This document shows, piece by piece, positions 15,336 through 20,842 of a stretch of 20,842 nucleotides of DNA (positions within the stretch are counted from its first letter, which is position 1; each line of letters begins with the position of its first letter). The stretch is from Candidatus Micrarchaeota archaeon (lineage in GTDB: Archaea; Micrarchaeota; Micrarchaeia; Norongarragalinales; SBBD01). Below the pieces are notes generated by a model. The model had not been told where the DNA came from and searched no databases. It was given only the letters and a program-made list of their open reading frames with translations. Both the position numbers and the translations under genes were made by a program. Where the stretch lies: positions 53,870 to 74,711 of the forward strand of contig JBBSVW010000023.1 of NCBI GenBank assembly GCA_038046605.1. The letters run 5' to 3'.

Positions 15336-15940
15336 ATTCCTACCAATTTAGCTTTTGTTGATTCTGATATATTAAAGTTGCCCATGAACTTTCGTATCTC
15401 GAGTATGTCGAGCTTGCCTTTGAGCAACTCCAGAAGATAGACTGCATCCTCAATATCCTTATCCGAGCCTAAATAGGCTTTATAGGCTATTTGCAGCTCA
15501 AGGGGCGAAATGAACAGTTTTTCACCATTCAATACCAGTTCGATACGCTCATTTAGTGAATATTCATCCAAACGGTTTTTTGGGAATTTCATCTCGACAT
15601 TTGGGATGAATTGGCCCTTAAGGCAAAAGCGTAGCGCGGTTTGATTCAGCAAGTATCCGGTAAATGCTAAGTCTGGGGTTTTGGCATTGATGCAATCGAA
15701 CCCGTCCTTCTCAAGGGCGTTCCAAAGTGATGTGAATTTTTTCTCATTGATTTTTCCCATGAACAAGTCTACATCCTCCGTGTTCCGGCTCCTTCCGAAG
15801 GCGAGGGCGACGTAGCCGGAGACGAGAACGTAGGGGATTTCCAGCTTATCGAGATGGGAAACGAATTTCAAGGTGAATTTGTCAATTGCGAACCACTCCC
15901 GGTTCAGGACAATTTTCTTTTTCGAGTAGGAGATTTCCAT
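15332..15940 (-). CDS. Nucleotidyltransferase-fold protein (DUF6036/AbiEii-like)
   Basis: YVLVSGYVALAFGRSRNTEDVD (G..A....R.T.D.D), IAYK....SDKDIEDA. Start at ATG 15940, with an AT-rich TATA-like box about 25 nt upstream. Confidence 0.75.
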   Translation of the reverse strand: MEISYSKKKIVLNREWFAIDKFTLKFVSHLDKLEIPYVLVSGYVALAFGRSRNTEDVDLFMGKINEKKFTSLWNALEKDGFDCINAKTPDLAFTGYLLNQTALRFCLKGQFIPNVEMKFPKNRLDEYSLNERIELVLNGEKLFISPLELQIAYKAYLGSDKDIEDAVYLLELLKGKLDILEIRKFMGNFNISESTKAKLVGI

Positions 15941-16179
15941 GCAATAAAAGCGCCAGAGGAGGTATTTAAGCGCTTTGCATGGTGCGTTCTGCCGGAAGGG
16001 AAAAAAAAGTAAATCTGCCAAATAACCTAAAATCGCCCATTTTCTCAATCCGGCTATTTATACCTATGCCTTCCGGGCAAGATATTTATTCCCGTTTTTT
16101 GAAATAGCATTGCTGATTTAGGGGGGTTTTAGGCAAATTCAAGGCTTAGGAGTAACAAGAATTTGGGGTGAAAACAACC

Positions 16180-16443
16180 ATGTCCGATAAGGAATACCAA
16201 GTCGAGATAACAATTGAAAGCAAGCCAGTGCTTAAGGATCCGGAAGGGGCGGTCATCGCCAACGATCTGATGCGCAAGCATGGTTTTGAAATGGTGGAGG
16301 GCGTTCGGATGGCAAAAGTGCTGCGCGTGAAGATGAAGGCGGCAAATGAGAGGAAGGCAGCTGAGATTGCGGAAAAAATGGTAAAAGAGCTCAGATTGGC
16401 AAACCCCGTAGCCCAAAATTATACGATTTTGGTGAAAAAGTAA
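16180..16443 (+). CDS. purS: FGAM synthase subunit PurS
   Basis: KPVLKDPEG, VRMAK, LANPVAQNY; GGGGTG RBS before ATG 16180. Confidence 0.93.
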   Translation: MSDKEYQVEITIESKPVLKDPEGAVIANDLMRKHGFEMVEGVRMAKVLRVKMKAANERKAAEIAEKMVKELRLANPVAQNYTILVKK

Positions 16444-16510
16444 GAAAGTAATGGTAAGCAAACAGTCCCAATACATTACCAACTAAACAAAATATGCGTG
16501 ATTCATAATT

Positions 16511-17227
16511 ATGCCAAGGATTGCAATCATCCAATTTCCTGGAAGCAACTGCGACTTTGACGCATACCACGTGCTAAAGGAGGTCATGCACCTCAATGCG
16601 GAGCTTATATGGCACACCGAATTCAAGGAGAGCAAATACGAGGCGGCAATCCTGCCGGGAGGGTTTGCTTATGGGGATGCCCTTCGGGCAGGGATCATTG
16701 CAGCGTACTCACCTGCAATGAAGGAAATCAAGAAAATGGATAGGGAAAAAAAGCCAATATTAGGCATTTGCAACGGATTTCAGATTCTTACCGAAGCGCA
16801 GCTTTTGCCAGGGGCGCTTCTTCGCAATGCCTCTACAAGGTTTGTTTGCAAATGGATAAGCATGCGTGTGCTCACATCAAGAAGCGCGTTCACAAGGAAA
16901 TTCGCAAAGGGGGATGTGCTCCAAGCCCCAACTGCGCACTGGGAGGGCAATTACTATATTGAGCCAGAAGGGCTAAGGTCGCTATACCAGAACGATCAGA
17001 TCCTCTTCAAATACTGCGACGAGAAGGGGATGGATTTCCCTGGCACTAACCCTAATGGGGCGCTTGACAATATTGCCGGCATTTGCAACCTCGAGGGGAA
17101 TATTGCAGGATTGATGCCGCATCCTGAAAGGGCTTCAGAACGGATCTTGAACCCCTTCAAGAACGAGAAGGCGAGGATCATTTTCGAGAGCATGAGGGAA
17201 TTTTTGACCGGAAGGAGGGTTGGATGA
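16511..17227 (+). CDS. purQ: FGAM synthase glutaminase subunit PurQ
   Basis: FPGSNCD, PGGFAYGD.LRAG, GICNGFQIL, MPHPER. Confidence 0.97.
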   Translation: MPRIAIIQFPGSNCDFDAYHVLKEVMHLNAELIWHTEFKESKYEAAILPGGFAYGDALRAGIIAAYSPAMKEIKKMDREKKPILGICNGFQILTEAQLLPGALLRNASTRFVCKWISMRVLTSRSAFTRKFAKGDVLQAPTAHWEGNYYIEPEGLRSLYQNDQILFKYCDEKGMDFPGTNPNGALDNIAGICNLEGNIAGLMPHPERASERILNPFKNEKARIIFESMREFLTGRRVG

Positions 17228-17435
17228 TATTATGGATAGGATGCAAAACATGAAACTGGGATTCTACCTGGGCTCTTTTTTCCTCGCAGTGGCAGCCGCA
17301 TATTTCTATTACCAGGATCCGGCGCAAACATTGATGCCGGCAATTCTTTTGCTTGTCGCATTCTCAGACCTGTTCGTTTTTCATCTTTACCTAAAACCGA
17401 TATTGGAGAAGCAATATGAAAGTAGCAAACATTGA
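17220..17435 (+). CDS. Small 2-TM hypothetical protein within the pur operon
   Basis: GGAGG RBS before TTG 17220 (alternative ATG 17232); two hydrophobic helices; overlaps purQ and purL. Confidence 0.55.
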   Translation: MDDIMDRMQNMKLGFYLGSFFLAVAAAYFYYQDPAQTLMPAILLLVAFSDLFVFHLYLKPILEKQYESSKH

Positions 17436-19629
17436 AGTTGACCTAACAAAGGCAGAAATGAAGCACATCACCGGCAGGCTCGGAAGGGAGCCATCCACTG
17501 TGGAAGCCGGAATGCTCGATGTAATGTGGAGCGAGCATTGCTCATACAAGAGCTCGCGCCCTCTTCTCAAACTTCTCCCAACCGAAGGCAAGCGCGTGAT
17601 TTTGGGGCCGGGATATGATGCAGGAGTTGTCGATATTGGCGATAACCAGTGCATCGCATTCAAGGTGGAAACTCACAATCACCCATCCGCAATTGATCCA
17701 TATTCGGGAGCGGCAACAGGAATTGGGGGAATCATAAGGGACATACTTTCCGTTGGCGCAAGGCCAATTGCGCTGGCAGATCCCTTGTTTTTTGGTAGGC
17801 TCAGCTCCCCGCATTCGAGATGGCTGATGAATTACGTTGTGAGGGGGATCGGGGATTACGGAAATTGCACCGGCATTGCAACAGTAGCCGGTGAAACGAA
17901 TTTCGACCCCTCTTATGAACGAAACGTTCTGGTAAATTGCGCATGCTTCGGGCTCGTTGACAGGGACAAAATCATTTATGGCAAGGGAAAGGGCGCAGGG
18001 GATCTTTTGATTTTGGTTGGAAGCGCAACTGGAAAGGATGGAATCCATGGAGTAACTTTTGCAAGCAAGAATCTGCATGGGAAAAGCGAGGATGAAAGGC
18101 CAGCTGTGCAAATACCAGATCCGTTCCTCAAAAAAATGATCATCGAAGCAACCCTTGAAGCGCTTAAAACCGGAAAAGTGCGCGCCGTGAAGGATTTTGG
18201 GGGAGGCGGGCTTACATGCGTTGTTTCGGAAATCGCGCACAAGGGAGGCTTGGGAGCGGATATTGAAGTATCGGAGGTGCATCTGCGCGAGCCGCTTTCC
18301 GCATTTGAAATCATGCTCTCCGAATCGCAGGAGAGGATGATTTTCTCGTGCCTGCCAAAGGATCAAAAAGTCCTTGCAAAGGTTTTCGAAAAATACGGGC
18401 TCACATATAAAATCATCGGAAAGCTCACGAAGGAAAAAAAGCTCGTTGTTCGGGATAATGGCAAAATCATAGCCGACCTTCCGGTTGATCTGCTAACAGA
18501 TGTGCCGACAATCGATTTGCCTTCTAAAAAACCAGCCTACCTCGAAAAGAAATTAAAGGAGAAAAAGCCCAACTCCCCAATTAATCTAAATGACGTCATG
18601 ACCAAAATGCTCCAATCTGAAAATATCGCAAGCAAGCACTGGATTTACGAGCAATATGATACGGAAGTTGGCGATAGGACGGTCATCAAGGATGGGGAGG
18701 GCGATGCCGCCGTACTTCGAATCGGGGATAAAAAGGGGATTGCAATCAAAACGGATTGCAATTTTAAGCACTGCTATTTGGATCCGCATGCGGGTACAAT
18801 GGGAAGCGTCCTGGAGGCGGCAAGGAATGTTACGGCTGTTGGCGCAATTCCAATTGCGGTTGCGGACAACTTGAGCTTTGGCAACCCAACTAACCCGGAG
18901 GTATTCTGGCAGTTTACGGAAAGCGTGAAGGGTATGGCGCAAGCGTTAAAGGTTTTGGGCGTTCCGGTTATTGGAGGGAATGTTTCATTCTACAACGAGG
19001 ATGATGTTTCACACGTTGCAATCAAGCCAGCGCCGGTGGTTGTGATGCTAGGCCTTCTTGAAAGCCTGGAAAACATAATGACTTTGGAATTCAAGGCAGC
19101 GGATGATGCGATTTTGCTCGTTGGGGAAACCGGGCTTGAGCTTGGGGGAAGCGAATATTATTCCGTACAGTTTGGAATTGACGGAGGAACCCCACCGGCA
19201 GCGGATGCAGAGGAGGAAAAGATAACCATGGCTTTTGTGCACGAGGCAATTAAGCGAAAAATGCTAAATGCGTGCCATGATGTATCCATGGGAGGGCTTG
19301 CAATTGCACTTTCCGAAATGAGCATTAAAAGCAACCTTGGGGCAAGCGTTTTCCTAAACGATGTGCTGAAAAAAGCAAAGAATTTGGAAAGCGACGACAT
19401 CCTCTTTTCAGAAAGCTACGGCAGGTTTGTGATTACAAGCAAAGAGCCCCAAAAGCTGATGAAATTTGCGCAGGAAAGGGGTGTAAAAATCGCAATGATT
19501 GGAAGGGTAAGCGCCGATAAGCGCCTAACCATTATCGATTCGCCGGAATCCCATAAAAAGGTCGTTGATTTGGCAATAACATCCATGAGGCAGGATTTCG
19601 AAACGTCGATTGAAAGGAAGATGGGATGA
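17416..19629 (+). CDS. purL: FGAM synthase subunit PurL (small form)
   Basis: WSEHCSYKSS, ETHNHPS, GAATGIGGIIRD, DFGGGGL, SESQERM, GGNVSFYN, HDVSMGG. Confidence 0.98.
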   Translation: MKVANIEVDLTKAEMKHITGRLGREPSTVEAGMLDVMWSEHCSYKSSRPLLKLLPTEGKRVILGPGYDAGVVDIGDNQCIAFKVETHNHPSAIDPYSGAATGIGGIIRDILSVGARPIALADPLFFGRLSSPHSRWLMNYVVRGIGDYGNCTGIATVAGETNFDPSYERNVLVNCACFGLVDRDKIIYGKGKGAGDLLILVGSATGKDGIHGVTFASKNLHGKSEDERPAVQIPDPFLKKMIIEATLEALKTGKVRAVKDFGGGGLTCVVSEIAHKGGLGADIEVSEVHLREPLSAFEIMLSESQERMIFSCLPKDQKVLAKVFEKYGLTYKIIGKLTKEKKLVVRDNGKIIADLPVDLLTDVPTIDLPSKKPAYLEKKLKEKKPNSPINLNDVMTKMLQSENIASKHWIYEQYDTEVGDRTVIKDGEGDAAVLRIGDKKGIAIKTDCNFKHCYLDPHAGTMGSVLEAARNVTAVGAIPIAVADNLSFGNPTNPEVFWQFTESVKGMAQALKVLGVPVIGGNVSFYNEDDVSHVAIKPAPVVVMLGLLESLENIMTLEFKAADDAILLVGETGLELGGSEYYSVQFGIDGGTPPAADAEEEKITMAFVHEAIKRKMLNACHDVSMGGLAIALSEMSIKSNLGASVFLNDVLKKAKNLESDDILFSESYGRFVITSKEPQKLMKFAQERGVKIAMIGRVSADKRLTIIDSPESHKKVVDLAITSMRQDFETSIERKMG

Positions 19630-19768
19630 ATTTTCAGGGGGCTTTGTCCGATATGGCAAGAGTTTCGATAACTGATCGCTTTTTGCGCCAACCCATTCAG
19701 CCAAGGTTTAATAAATCCCTTTTCCAAAATACTATTCTCTGATTTTTGCTGTTTTGCGGGCTGAATTT

Positions 19769-20842
19769 ATGGGGGAAAACATCCGCGAGAAATGTGGGGT
19801 CATAGGGGTATACTCCAAGTCAGGCGAAAGCGGCCAGGTTCCTTATGATATATACAACGGGCTTATTTCGCTCCAGCACCGCGGGCAGGAAAGCGCGGGA
19901 ATTTCCGTTGTTTCAAATGGCAAGCTGGCAACAAAAAAGGACATGGGCCTTGTTTCAGATATTTTCAGCACGGAAGATATTGAAAGGCTAGCCGGGAAAA
20001 TGGGGATTGGGCATGTGCGCTACTCCACAACCGGAAGCTCGACAATTGATAATGCCCAGCCCCTCATCCACAAGGAAAGGGGACTGGCTGTTGCCATCTC
20101 ATTCAACGGCAATATTGTCAACTATGAAGAGCTTAAGCAAAGGTACGAAAACCTCCATCAGATGCCTTTTTCGTGCTCCGCCGATACCGAGCTTATTGTG
20201 AAGATGTTCACTAAGGAGCTAAAGGCGCTATTGCAAAAGGAAAGGAAGGAAAGGCACGGAAAGGCATTGGAAACCACAAATGGCAAAGGCGAATTTAACA
20301 AGAACGGAGAAAATCCGGAATACGGGAAGGGGGGCATTGGAAAAAATACCAATGGCAATAATTCCGAAATAGCCCCAATCGAGCATTTTGATTTCTCAAC
20401 AGAATCCTACTTCAAGGCAATGGAAAGCATAATGAGGCAGCTTGTTGGGGCATATTCTGTTGCACTTCTCGTGAGCGACGGCACTTTGGTTGCGGCAAGG
20501 GACCCCAAGGGCTTCAAGCCTTTTTGCCTTGGGAGGAAAAAAACCCTTGTTGATGACCTGGTTTTCATTGCAAGCGAAACATGCGCACTTGACGCGCTTG
20601 ATGCGCAATATGATAGGGACATCAAGCCCGGCGAAGTTGTGGTAATCAAGAACAACAAATTGGAGGCGCGCCAGCTCTTCAACGAGAGGCATGCACATTG
20701 CATGTTCGAATGGGTGTATTTCTCAAGGACGGATTCGGTGATTGAGGGAAGGCCCGTTTATGATGTGAGGGTCAGGCTGGGGGAGGAGCTTGCGAAAGCC
20801 TTCAAGCGCGAGATTGACGTCGTGATTCCAATTCCGGATTCC
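19769..20842 (+). CDS. purF: Amidophosphoribosyltransferase (runs off the window end; absent from the ORF track)
   Basis: Translated from ATG 19769: MGENIREK-CGVIG (propeptide plus N-terminal Cys), LQHRGQESAG, GHVRYSTTG, NGNIVN, GAYS, RDPKGFKP, CMFEWVYFSR, PIPDS. Confidence 0.96.
   Translation, partial: MGENIREKCGVIGVYSKSGESGQVPYDIYNGLISLQHRGQESAGISVVSNGKLATKKDMGLVSDIFSTEDIERLAGKMGIGHVRYSTTGSSTIDNAQPLIHKERGLAVAISFNGNIVNYEELKQRYENLHQMPFSCSADTELIVKMFTKELKALLQKERKERHGKALETTNGKGEFNKNGENPEYGKGGIGKNTNGNNSEIAPIEHFDFSTESYFKAMESIMRQLVGAYSVALLVSDGTLVAARDPKGFKPFCLGRKKTLVDDLVFIASETCALDALDAQYDRDIKPGEVVVIKNNKLEARQLFNERHAHCMFEWVYFSRTDSVIEGRPVYDVRVRLGEELAKAFKREIDVVIPIPDS

Noticed and set aside
15941-16048. 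N-terminal extension of the nucleotidyltransferase ORF to 16048
   Set aside because: Non-ATG start and unprotein-like sequence; ATG 15940 has a TATA-like box at leaderless spacing.
15991-16135. Purine-related riboswitch upstream of purS (CCGGAAGG/CCTTCCGG and CCTAAAA/TTTTAGG complementarity)
   Set aside because: No recognisable purine, ZTP or PRPP aptamer consensus; the pairings span divergent promoters.
2213-20703. Numerous other antisense or alternate-frame ORFs in the track (e.g. 2213..2893, 11073..11648, 17542..18366, 20396..20698)
   Set aside because: They overlap well-supported genes and lack motifs; treated as shadow ORFs.

Overview
Archaeal chromosomal window, probably DPANN and possibly Micrarchaeota-like. 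That assignment is inferred from Topo VI, a Dim2/KH protein, stand-alone PEP-utiliser His-domain proteins and a non-canonical tRNA intron. Most genes are housekeeping: tmk, a PAP2/polyprenol-kinase fusion, tRNA-Met(CAU) with two introns, a Lon-like protease, trmI, truD, dim2-like KH, top6B/top6A, marC, nadC and purS-purQ-purL-purF. There is also an accessory block (YdjM-like hydrolase plus two convergent PEP-utiliser proteins) and a nucleotidyltransferase with an unannotated 48-aa partner. The most striking signal is non-coding. Two homologous hairpin elements (5357-5413 and 9825-9940) share the pattern TAAATA..AAGGGG.AGAGGCGAC.ACGAGT-[hairpin]-A.AGGTGTC(A/G)A, which has IS200/IS605 right-end-like geometry. 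Each sits between two diverged, largely synonymous copies of the terminus of a core gene (truD 5' end; KH/dim2 3' end). This suggests a small mobile or guide-like unit that swaps in recoded gene ends. No cognate enzyme is visible in the window.
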